DNA of 24,105 nucleotides. Origin: Candidatus Caldarchaeales archaeon (GTDB taxonomy: Archaea; Thermoproteota; Nitrososphaeria_A; Caldarchaeales; Wolframiiraptoraceae). Below, piece by piece: positions 8,042-16,882 of the stretch; position 1 is the stretch's first letter, and each line of letters opens with the position of its first letter. Location of the stretch: NCBI GenBank assembly GCA_039630055.1, contig JBCNVN010000023.1:1-24105 (forward strand). The letters run 5' to 3'. The notes beneath the pieces are model-generated. The model saw only the letters and a program-made list of their open reading frames with translations, ran no database searches and was not told the DNA's origin. The translations under genes were made by a program, and so were the position numbers.

Positions 8042-9439
8042 TCATGAAATCTGTACTATCTTAATTAGATGGATAGGCTCATCTCTTAGACCATATGTCA
8101 GTATGATGGTTTCTCCTCTCTTCACCTCTCCAGAAGACTTTAAAGCATTCACCATCTCTTCTAAACCTTCAAGATATTCCGTTGAGTATACTTTCATAGG
8201 CTGAACTCCCCACATTATCAACATTTTCCGAACAACCTTTATAAAACTTGAGCATGCATATAATCTTACACTAGGCCTATTACGTGAAATCATCTTCGCT
8301 GTAGTTCCAGTCTTCGTATAGACGACTATCGAGGCGCCTAGAGATTCTGCTAACATCGTTACACCTTCAGCAAACCTATCTCTAATATCCTCATTCTTTG
8401 ATAGTCCAATCTTTCTAGGTGTGATAACAGGATCATAAGTTTCCACTATTTTCTTTAACCATTCGACAGCTTCTAAAGGATATGCACCAGAAGCGGTTTC
8501 ACCTGTAAGCATAAGTACATCGACTCCATCTTTAATCGCTGTCAAGACATCGATGATCTCGCTCCTAGATGGGATAGGATTATTCATAATAGATCCTAGA
8601 AGCTGTGTAGCCACCACTACAGGCTTACCCCTCTCTAGACATTTCTCACTTATCATCTCTTGAAGTCTAGGTATATGCTCTATTCCAAAATGCATCCCTA
8701 AATCTCCTCTTGCAATTAATACTGCATCAGATGAGTCTATTATGCTTGTGAGATTATTCACTGCCTCAACAGTCTCTATCTTACTCATAGTTCCAATATC
8801 TTTTCCTCCTAGAGATTCAATCGTTGATTTTAATTGTTCTATATCTTTCTTATTCCTAACGTAGCTCAGTCCTAGATAGTCAAAATCATGGAGGATGGAG
8901 AAATTGATTGCTTCTATATCTCTACTTGAAAGGATTGGGAGCCAGAGTTCCTTACCCTTCACCACAACTGCTTTTCTAGAACTTATCTCACCATGAGCTA
9001 ACGCTCTAGCGGAGACCTCTTCTTTACCAACTTCTTCAACCTGCAACTGTACTCTCCCATCATCCAATAGCAGTATGTCTCCAACTTGAATATGTTTGAA
9101 GAAGGGTTTCAAGGGGATGGGTAGAGTCATATCATTACCGCCTTCAGCTTCCTCAGCGTAGATTATCCTCACCCTCTCATCCTTCTTTAAATATACTTTT
9201 TCAGATAGCTTTCCAAGTCTTATCGATGCGCCTGGAAGATCTCCTATCAAGGCCACAAATCTACCTAAGGCCTCTGATGAATCTTTGATCAAATCTACAT
9301 ATTTTTTCCATTCTTCCCAGTCACCATGACTAAAGTTTATCCTGAAGATAGATACGCCGAGATTGATCATCTTTTTAACCATGTCTAAGTCAGCTGAAGC
9401 TGGCCCAATCGTTACAGCAATCTTTGTTCTCAGGATCAA
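8042..9439 (-). CDS. pyk: Pyruvate kinase
   Basis: TKIAVTIGPAS, RINFSHG, LLDDG, SKIET, IARGDLG, ATQLL, MLTGETA.G.YP. Confidence 0.97.
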   Translation of the reverse strand: MILRTKIAVTIGPASADLDMVKKMINLGVSIFRINFSHGDWEEWKKYVDLIKDSSEALGRFVALIGDLPGASIRLGKLSEKVYLKKDERVRIIYAEEAEGGNDMTLPIPLKPFFKHIQVGDILLLDDGRVQLQVEEVGKEEVSARALAHGEISSRKAVVVKGKELWLPILSSRDIEAINFSILHDFDYLGLSYVRNKKDIEQLKSTIESLGGKDIGTMSKIETVEAVNNLTSIIDSSDAVLIARGDLGMHFGIEHIPRLQEMISEKCLERGKPVVVATQLLGSIMNNPIPSRSEIIDVLTAIKDGVDVLMLTGETASGAYPLEAVEWLKKIVETYDPVITPRKIGLSKNEDIRDRFAEGVTMLAESLGASIVVYTKTGTTAKMISRNRPSVRLYACSSFIKVVRKMLIMWGVQPMKVYSTEYLEGLEEMVNALKSSGEVKRGETIILTYGLRDEPIHLIKIVQIS

Positions 9440-9576
9440 CTCTACCTAATCCAAAAAATATCTTGGTTAAAGAGTTTACTCAGAGCTCTACACCATCACA
9501 TCAATTTTAAATATGGATTTCTACAGCGATTTAGAGATATTCTTGATTTTGCGTAAGATTTCAAATGGGAGAAAGA

Positions 9577-10047
9577 TTATTCTGTTATCATTTTCATGGA
9601 GGCTGATGTAAATCCATATGATCCATCCTCTTTCTTTATGACAAGCCCACTCTTTCTAAGCTCGCTTAACCTCGCTCTAACTATTTTTTCGTTTAAACCG
9701 GTATAGCTTGATATCTCTTTAGCCGTTAAGGAATCTTTATTGAATCTTCCAATCCTATTTCCAACATACGCTCCTGCTAAACACAGCAGGATCTTTTTCT
9801 TTGCATCTACTGATTCGATGATATTTATCCTATCCTCTCTTAACTCAACCTTTCCTACAAGTTTCTCCGCCAGCTCTTTAACATCTATAGCTCCAATCAA
9901 CTTCTTGACTATTTCAATCGATGGATATAGCTCTGAGAAATACTTGTTGATACTCATCCAGACCTCTTCATATCTACCTTCAAACTCTACTTCTGATTCT
10001 GAAGTCTTTATCGATGCTCTAATCTTTTCTTCAACCATATTCTTCAT
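9577..10047 (-). CDS. Hypothetical protein: short N-terminal beta-strand/EG-helix domain plus C-terminal winged helix; likely start ATG 10038
   Basis: C-terminal LTAKEISSYTGLNEKIVRARLSELRKSGLVIKKEDGSY is a wHTH. SD AAGGAGGT (10048-10055) abuts ATG 10047 but is well spaced for ATG 10038. Confidence 0.8.
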   Translation of the reverse strand: MKNMVEEKIRASIKTSESEVEFEGRYEEVWMSINKYFSELYPSIEIVKKLIGAIDVKELAEKLVGKVELREDRINIIESVDAKKKILLCLAGAYVGNRIGRFNKDSLTAKEISSYTGLNEKIVRARLSELRKSGLVIKKEDGSYGFTSASMKMITE

Positions 10048-10517
10048 ACCTCCTTAAATCCAGATTGTACATATTTTATCCCTTTCTCCAATATTTTGAA
10101 GGCTTTCTTTCCATTAATCTTACTAGACTCTTCTATGTATCCTTCTTTTATTAGATCGGAGACAACATCACGTGGATTTGATGGCTTACTCCACCGTCTT
10201 TGCTCATAATAGTTCATAATATCATCATATGTGAAGTCTCTTTCTTCTCTACTATAGAGGTAGTAGGCTATACTCAAAACTTTCTGGGGATGGCTTTGCG
10301 GATTTATTTGGGAGGAGAATTCTGTAAAAGAGGATCCAACTTTGACGATACCGATATTAGATGATTGTTTACCGCCAATAAAAGCAAGTTTCTGTGATAG
10401 GTTATCGATCCAGGTTAGATCTGATATCTTTGATTCAACAAATTCTTTATCTCCTTCGATTTCTATCTCCAATCCATTTAGGTTCAACCTAACCCTGTAT
10501 GTTATCTGTGCAGTCAT
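10044..10517 (-). CDS. Hypothetical protein: N-terminal RVRLNLNGLEIEIEGDKEFV domain plus C-terminal winged helix
   Basis: VLSIAYYL...FTYDDI...PSNPRDVVSDLIKEGYI...FKILEKGIKYV is wHTH-like. TTATAA (10545-10550) lies about 28 nt upstream of the ATG, suggesting a leaderless mRNA. Confidence 0.8.
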   Translation of the reverse strand: MTAQITYRVRLNLNGLEIEIEGDKEFVESKISDLTWIDNLSQKLAFIGGKQSSNIGIVKVGSSFTEFSSQINPQSHPQKVLSIAYYLYSREERDFTYDDIMNYYEQRRWSKPSNPRDVVSDLIKEGYIEESSKINGKKAFKILEKGIKYVQSGFKEV

Positions 10518-10633
10518 CCTGATAAGGGCACTTGAATTACTCGGTTATAAGCTTTACAGAGCGGGGAAAAAGTGATTTTAATAAAGCATTTTGAAGAGCA
10601 CTGACGGAGCACATATCTTTTAAGTATCGATCT

Positions 10634-12538
10634 TCAGCCTGTTTGGCCATAAACTCTCGAGTATACTATACTATGAAGCTTCGCACCGTCTATCTTTCCT
10701 CTATATTCTCTCATCAACTCGCCCATGATAATAGACACAGCCTTGCCTGGATTTTTGTGAACGACTTCTTTATTCAATTCGATCAATTCTTCTACTTTCT
10801 TTTCGACCTCGCTGAGACTTACAGTTCTCAATCTTAATGCTTCAACCGCCTCGAAGACACCTTTACCAGGATTCTCTGATATCCATCTTAGTATATCTCC
10901 AGCCGCCTCCTTCGCTATCATCCCTCTGGAGACTAGTTTAAAGAATTCTAGAAAATGCTCATCTCTCAATTCTTCAACTCTTACTCCCTCTCTCTTTAAA
11001 CTCTTTACATGTTCAGTGAGTATTGAGGCCACAACCGTTGGCTGGACATTCGTCTCCATAATAATTTTCTCGAACAACTCAACTCTCTCCATATCTATCA
11101 ATTCTTCGATTATCTGCCTGCTTAACCCGTATTCTACAGCTAGCTTATCAGCTACTTCATCCAATGTCGGTGGGAGATTTCTCTTCAACTGCTCAAGATA
11201 ATCAGGTTTTACTGGATATGGTGGGATATCTGTCTCTGGATACATTCTTGCAGCTCCAGGTCTTGGACGCATGTATACTGTGGTTCCATCGGGTCTTGTA
11301 GCCCTAGTCTCCGATGGTACACCATATAATGCTTCTACAGCTCTCTCTCTTACACATTCTAACGCTTCTATAGCTCTATCTTCTTCATCTACTACAATAA
11401 TTACTGCATCTATCTCTGAAGCATTCGTCTTCTCTTTAATCTTAATAACTTCTTGATCGGTGATTCCGTATCCTGGTAGCTCATCTGTATGAAATATTCC
11501 CTCTACTTCTGTCCAAGCTTTCACCCTACCCGCAAACTCTGCTCCTAGCCTAACCTTGGGAGCTGCTTCTAAACCTATTAAACCGCCAAACTTCGGAAGC
11601 CTTAATGCTAAAACTCTACCTCCCTCATCTAACTTTTTCTTTACAATCTTTGAGTTAGTGGATGTAAAGATGTCTGTTATGTCGACTATCGGTTGAGATC
11701 TAACCTCTTCTTCACGTACTCCCCTCTTCGATAATTCTTCTTTTATCTTGAGAAGATGAAGCTGTCTAGCTACCTCTAATTCTACTACTCTCGGTATTAG
11801 TTCTAGTTCTTGGACACCCTTAATCTCTATCAAGGCTCCACCCTCGATAGAGATGTTTAAGTCTTGTCTCACAGTCCCTATACCTCTCTTAACCTTACCT
11901 GTCGCCCGCAGTAATCTTCCAATAGATTTAGCGGCTTCATAAGCTTCATTTGGAGCTTCTATCACTGGAGCGGTTGAAACTTCTATCAACGGTACCCCCA
12001 GCCTTCTTAAATCATAATGTACTTCTCCCTTCTTATGCTCTATTATCCTAGCAGCATCTTCTTCTAAGCAGATAGTTTGGATGGGTATCTTCTTTCCAGC
12101 AATCTCCACCCATCCACCAATTGCGATGATGCAAGTTCTCTGAAATCCTGTAGTATTCGATCCATCTATAACTATCTTTCTCATCACATGTATCTCATCC
12201 ACTGGTTTACTATTCATCAAGACTGCCGCGGTCAGAGCTATTTCAACTGCTTCTCTATTAAGGTCGTGAGGTGGCTCCTCGTCCATCTCTACCAAACATG
12301 TAGAATTTTCATCACTGTGATAAACTATCTTTCTCTTCTTTCTTGCTTCAAAGACTGCTGCTGGATCTACTTCACCTAGCTCACTTTGAGCTTCTCTTAA
12401 CCATCTTGTGAAAATTATCTCTCTACCTAGTTCTCTCGATTCTGTTGGACACCTGCAGAATAGTTTGTGCTCTGTATCTAATTGTCTGTGAATCTCCAAA
12501 CCTACTCTCAAGCCTATTTTTCTATAATCTATTCCCAT
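10634..12538 (-). CDS. gatE: Glu-tRNA(Gln) amidotransferase subunit E
   Basis: GLEIHRQL, KLFC, DEEPPH, MRKIVIDGSNTTGFQRT, LEEDAAR, RQDLNISI, RPRPGAARMYPETD. Confidence 0.98.
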   Translation of the reverse strand: MGIDYRKIGLRVGLEIHRQLDTEHKLFCRCPTESRELGREIIFTRWLREAQSELGEVDPAAVFEARKKRKIVYHSDENSTCLVEMDEEPPHDLNREAVEIALTAAVLMNSKPVDEIHVMRKIVIDGSNTTGFQRTCIIAIGGWVEIAGKKIPIQTICLEEDAARIIEHKKGEVHYDLRRLGVPLIEVSTAPVIEAPNEAYEAAKSIGRLLRATGKVKRGIGTVRQDLNISIEGGALIEIKGVQELELIPRVVELEVARQLHLLKIKEELSKRGVREEEVRSQPIVDITDIFTSTNSKIVKKKLDEGGRVLALRLPKFGGLIGLEAAPKVRLGAEFAGRVKAWTEVEGIFHTDELPGYGITDQEVIKIKEKTNASEIDAVIIVVDEEDRAIEALECVRERAVEALYGVPSETRATRPDGTTVYMRPRPGAARMYPETDIPPYPVKPDYLEQLKRNLPPTLDEVADKLAVEYGLSRQIIEELIDMERVELFEKIIMETNVQPTVVASILTEHVKSLKREGVRVEELRDEHFLEFFKLVSRGMIAKEAAGDILRWISENPGKGVFEAVEALRLRTVSLSEVEKKVEELIELNKEVVHKNPGKAVSIIMGELMREYRGKIDGAKLHSIVYSRVYGQTG

Positions 12539-13863
12539 GGATCCCTCACTTTTGAAGGCATGCTTCTCTCACCTATCTCTCCAGCCATCTCTGTAATCAT
12601 CATCCTTCTAATCTCATCTATGTCGGTTGATTGGGCAAGAACCCATGAAAGCTTTACGTAAGCAGTCTCTGGAAGCATATCATCTAGAGGTGTAACCCCT
12701 ATCTTCAGCAAATCTCTACCTGTAGAATAGACCCGCATGTTTACTCTACCATAGATACATTGAGAGGTCATACAGATAAATACTCCATCCTTGATCATCT
12801 TCTCCAACACCGGAATATGTCTTCTCGCTACGTGACCTAGACCAGTACCTTCAATTACTATCCCTCGATAACCGCTACTCCATAATGCTTCAAGAATATC
12901 GGAGGACATTCCTGGATAGAATTTTAAGAGTGATGCTTTATCAGAGAAATTTGAGTTAAAGATGTAATTATTACCACCTCTAGGATTCAAGCCTTTTCTA
13001 TTGATATAGATCTCTCCATCTCTGTAGAAGGCTATCGGCTCACTATTTATAGACTTAAACGCATCCCTACTACTGGTATGCTGTTTTCTAACCCTTGTAC
13101 CTCGATGGATAGCTATAACATCATCTGAATGCCAGTAATGCATGGCTACACATACCTCTGCAAAAGAGGCGTATCCTGCAATCTTTACTGCTGCCATTAA
13201 ATTGGATGCAGAATCACTTGAGGGTCTATCGGATGATCTTTGAGCACCTACTAGTACGATTGGGATGGGTGGCTTCTGAAGAGCAAAGCTTAGGGCAGCT
13301 GCAGAATAACCCATCGTATCTGTACCATGTGCCACTACGACTCCCTCAACCCCCTTTCTAATATATTCATCAACTTTTATAGCGATAGAAGACCACTCTT
13401 TCTGAGTCATGTCTTCACTAAAAATAGAGAAGAGGATGTTTGTGTCTAGTTCTGCAATACTGGATAGTTCGGGTATGACTGATAAAAGATCATCCGTGGT
13501 GAGAACTGGTCTTACTCCACCCGTCCTATAATCTATCCTACTCGCTATAGTTCCACCGGTTCCTATCACAGTTACTTTTGGGAGAGCTCCGTAAGATCTC
13601 GGTCTTGTCGAAGCCCTGAATCCAGGCTTTTTCGCTTCTGAAATTTTTCTAATCTCTACTTTATCCTTAATTCTAATCCCGATATTGTATCCATTGGAAA
13701 GCTTGATCACGATATATCCTGGTTCAGCCAGCTCGTATCTACCAATTAGGATACCCCTATATCTTTCTCCATCAACCGTCAACTCGATCTCGTCACCAAT
13801 ATCAACCCCATAAGATTCTAGTAATTCTTTAATCTCTCCACTATATCCTTCTAAATCACTCAA
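12529..13863 (-). CDS. gatD: Glu-tRNA(Gln) amidotransferase subunit D
   Basis: N-terminal KLSNGYNIG domain, TGGTIASRIDYRTGGV, HGTDTM, GAQRSSDRPSSD, GTGLGH, DMLPETAYVKLSW. TTG start; overlaps gatE by 10 nt. Confidence 0.98.
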   Translation of the reverse strand: MSDLEGYSGEIKELLESYGVDIGDEIELTVDGERYRGILIGRYELAEPGYIVIKLSNGYNIGIRIKDKVEIRKISEAKKPGFRASTRPRSYGALPKVTVIGTGGTIASRIDYRTGGVRPVLTTDDLLSVIPELSSIAELDTNILFSIFSEDMTQKEWSSIAIKVDEYIRKGVEGVVVAHGTDTMGYSAAALSFALQKPPIPIVLVGAQRSSDRPSSDSASNLMAAVKIAGYASFAEVCVAMHYWHSDDVIAIHRGTRVRKQHTSSRDAFKSINSEPIAFYRDGEIYINRKGLNPRGGNNYIFNSNFSDKASLLKFYPGMSSDILEALWSSGYRGIVIEGTGLGHVARRHIPVLEKMIKDGVFICMTSQCIYGRVNMRVYSTGRDLLKIGVTPLDDMLPETAYVKLSWVLAQSTDIDEIRRMMITEMAGEIGERSMPSKVRDPWE

Positions 13864-13977
13864 TCTACCGACTGCACCAAGATAGACTGATAAAATATAA
13901 CAATATATCTATTACATCATGTCTTATCTTGAATTCGCTATCCCGGTAACTACTAATGAGAGATACCATACTATCAT

Positions 13978-14997
13978 CTATATCATTCTCTTTTCTGAAC
14001 TGTGGCCCGGGAAGACGCTTGAGCTCGGATCTATATAATTCTTAGCCATATTGACAGCTAGCGCAGCTTGAGCAAATCCTACAACTATTAGATTCAATTT
14101 GATGGAGTCCACCGGATAAGCGATATCTCCTGCAGCATAGACTCCTTTTAAATTTGTCTCCATCCTCCCATTAACTTTTATAAAATTATCGACCATCTCT
14201 AGACCCCATCTTTTAAATATCGATGAATCAACCTCGTAGCCTAGTTGTAGAATTAATGCATCTACCTCAAATAACTCTTCTTCTCCAGTCTTGTTATTGA
14301 AGATCCTTACCGATTCGAGTTTATCCGATCCATACGCTTCCTTAACTTCATATGGTATCATGATCCTAACCGGTGAATTGAATAATTCTACGACACTTCT
14401 TTCATGAGCTCTAAAACCAGGTCTTCGGTGAATGAGAATAACCTGGCTTGCTATTTCCTTTAACTCTAAGGCCCAGTCTACCGCTGAATCTCCTCCACCA
14501 ACTATCATGACCTTCTTACCTCGGAATTTCCACTTATCCGTAACCTGATAGTAAACTCCCCTACCTTCAAATCTATCTACAGATGGATTGTTGAGCTTCT
14601 TAGGTTTCAAGGCTCCTCTACCTGTACAGATTAACACGGTCTTAGTGTAATGTACATTCTTATCTGTCTTCAGCTTGATAATCTTATCTTCTAAGAATTC
14701 TATATCTTCAACATGTTCACCCAATACTAACTTTGGACTATATGAGAGAGCTTGATATTCCAGCTGCCTAACCAGATCTTTCGCAAGGATTTTCGGAAAA
14801 CCTGCTACATCATAGATATACTTATCTGGATATAGTGTGGTTAGCTGTCCGCCTACCCTGTTAAGAGCTTCTATGATCTTGGTCTTCATACCTCTCATCC
14901 CTGAAGCATAGAAAGCAGCATATAGTCCAGTGGGACCAGCTCCAATAATTGTGATATCATAAACATCATTTACATCTTCTGAATATGTATTAGTCAT
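13978..14997 (-). CDS. Thioredoxin-reductase-fold ferredoxin--NADP+ reductase (YumC-type)
   Basis: GAGPTG, GGQLTTLYPDKYIYDVAGF, GGGDSAVDWA, HRR, AAGDI, C-terminal PGHSS; the TrxR redox CxxC is absent. Confidence 0.88.
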   Translation of the reverse strand: MTNTYSEDVNDVYDITIIGAGPTGLYAAFYASGMRGMKTKIIEALNRVGGQLTTLYPDKYIYDVAGFPKILAKDLVRQLEYQALSYSPKLVLGEHVEDIEFLEDKIIKLKTDKNVHYTKTVLICTGRGALKPKKLNNPSVDRFEGRGVYYQVTDKWKFRGKKVMIVGGGDSAVDWALELKEIASQVILIHRRPGFRAHERSVVELFNSPVRIMIPYEVKEAYGSDKLESVRIFNNKTGEEELFEVDALILQLGYEVDSSIFKRWGLEMVDNFIKVNGRMETNLKGVYAAGDIAYPVDSIKLNLIVVGFAQAALAVNMAKNYIDPSSSVFPGHSSEKRMI

Positions 14998-15144
14998 ACC
15001 GGAGTTTTAAAATTCTCTTGAAAATATAAGTATTGTCATATATATGACCTATTAATAAAATTAATATATCTAGAAGTTTTCAGATACATCTTAAAATATA
15101 AATGATATTATGATGTTAATGGTATTAAAAGGAGATAGTGTAGT

Positions 15145-15540
15145 ATGGGAGGATTAACATCTATAAGAGTATCGGATATAATGAGTAAAAACATCCTCTT
15201 GGTCTCTCCCGATTCATCTCTGAGAGAGGTGGCAGAGATGATGATAGAGAGAAATGTTGGTAGCGCTGTGATAGTTGATGAATCTAGAAGATGTTTGGGG
15301 ATAATAACTGAGAGAGACTTTCTAAGATTGTTTAAAGAAGGTGTTGATAATCTTAGACCTGTCAGAGAATACATGAGAGTAGATCCTATTAAGATAACTG
15401 AAGATAAAAGTGTAAATGAGGCTAGGAACATCATGATTACACATAAGATCAGGCATCTACCGGTCGTCGACAATAACAACAATATAGTCGGAGTATTATC
15501 GATAAGAGATATCTTTGAGAGAATAGAGACTATAATTTAA
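15145..15540 (+). CDS. Stand-alone CBS-pair (Bateman module) protein
   Basis: VSDIMS...SLREVAEMM...GIITERD; VREYM...IRHLPVVD...VGVLSIRD. Confidence 0.92.
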   Translation: MGGLTSIRVSDIMSKNILLVSPDSSLREVAEMMIERNVGSAVIVDESRRCLGIITERDFLRLFKEGVDNLRPVREYMRVDPIKITEDKSVNEARNIMITHKIRHLPVVDNNNNIVGVLSIRDIFERIETII

Positions 15541-15853
15541 AAACTGTAAGAATCTTGACTATACTCAGGCTACCCGAAAAATAGTATCTGCAACTATCAT
15601 TGAACGATTATATTTATGGGAACATGTCAGCAGACATGGCCTAATCTTTATCTATCAAGAATATTAACCTCCCATAAAGTCTACTCCATATCTTTTAAAG
15701 AAGACAAAAATCCTGAAAAGATAATGATCATTTTTATATTTTTATAATGATATAACTCATCCGATTTTTGAAGGTTTATTTAAGTCGAGCTCAATCTACA
15801 GGCTGTAAAAATTGTTTATATTCAATATGAGATAATATTCATAATATACTATA

Positions 15854-16882
15854 GTGTCTATCCGCTTGATATATATACTTCCTCTGCCCAGTGAAATACA
15901 GTGGACCGTCTTGTCAAAGGAATCCCAGAGACTTAGAACTACCGATACACACTTCTTATCCTCAGTCTACAGTATCTTGAAAAGGGGAGGGAAGGTAGAG
16001 TTCAGACCTAAAATTAGGCAAGAAACAGGCATAGTCTATGATTTATTCGGGGTAGAGATCCAGGAAGACAAGATTAGAAACTATCTAGATAGAGGTTTGA
16101 TTGAAGTCATTGGAGAAGTCTCTTTTCCATCTTGTCCAATATGTGGGGATATATGTCTCCATGTTTTCTTAGCCTGTCCAGAATGTAGTTCTAGAAGTAT
16201 TGAAAAGAAAGATCTTCTGATACATTATGATTGTGGTTATATAGATAGTGTGGAAGAGTTCCAAGTTGGTACCACAGGTGTTTATCGTTGTCCAAAATGT
16301 CGAAAAGAGGTAAAGAGAGTAGGGATCGATTATGGTCGGCCCGGAGTTGGTTTTATATGTAGAGAATGTAAGGCCGTTTTTCAAATTCCACTAGTTGAAA
16401 TTGAGTGTGAAAAAAATCATAAAAGTAGAGTGCAACAATTAGAAGTTAAAAGATATCCAGTATATCAAATATCGGAAAAATCTAAGAATCTTTCTCAAAT
16501 ATACAATATGGTGGAGATTCTATCTGATAAGCTTGAAAAGCTTGGACTTGATGTTGTAACATTTGCCAGTCTCCGTGGATCGAGCGGAGTAACCTATACT
16601 ATACCAATATATATCAATGGAGACCCTTCTTTAATAATTGAGATAGCCCCGGAAGAATTTGTCGACGAACGATACCCACTATTAATGACCATAGAGACGA
16701 TCGACATCCCCAATTCTATGATGGTAATAATTGTGCCATCAAGTTTTAAACCAGAGTTAGAAAGTATATTTAATCCAGAAAAGATAAAGATAGTTAAGGT
16801 TGAGAATCTATCTAACTCTATAGATAGAGTAGTAGACGAGATTGTGAAGATGATTGGTGTAAGAATTCATGAGAAAACTTAA
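15854..16882 (+). CDS. TackOD1 (thaumarchaeal output domain 1)-like multi-Zn-ribbon protein with C-terminal endonuclease-like alpha/beta domain
   Basis: CPIC, CPEC, HYDCGY, CPKC, GIDY, CREC, CxxxH pattern characteristic of TackOD1; C-terminal LRGSSGVTY segment. The start may be later (TTG 15911). Confidence 0.78.
   Translation: MSIRLIYILPLPSEIQWTVLSKESQRLRTTDTHFLSSVYSILKRGGKVEFRPKIRQETGIVYDLFGVEIQEDKIRNYLDRGLIEVIGEVSFPSCPICGDICLHVFLACPECSSRSIEKKDLLIHYDCGYIDSVEEFQVGTTGVYRCPKCRKEVKRVGIDYGRPGVGFICRECKAVFQIPLVEIECEKNHKSRVQQLEVKRYPVYQISEKSKNLSQIYNMVEILSDKLEKLGLDVVTFASLRGSSGVTYTIPIYINGDPSLIIEIAPEEFVDERYPLLMTIETIDIPNSMMVIIVPSSFKPELESIFNPEKIKIVKVENLSNSIDRVVDEIVKMIGVRIHEKT

Noticed and set aside
9479-9503. 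Minus-strand GTGATGG...CTGA resembling box C and D'
   Set aside because: No second C'/D pair, so not a complete C/D sRNA.
10591-10604. TGAAGA-GCA-CTGA, K-loop-like
   Set aside because: Isolated motif with no guide regions or flanking stem.
13978-14997. Thioredoxin reductase (trxB) call
   Set aside because: Lacks the catalytic CxxC and has YumC-type FNR motifs.
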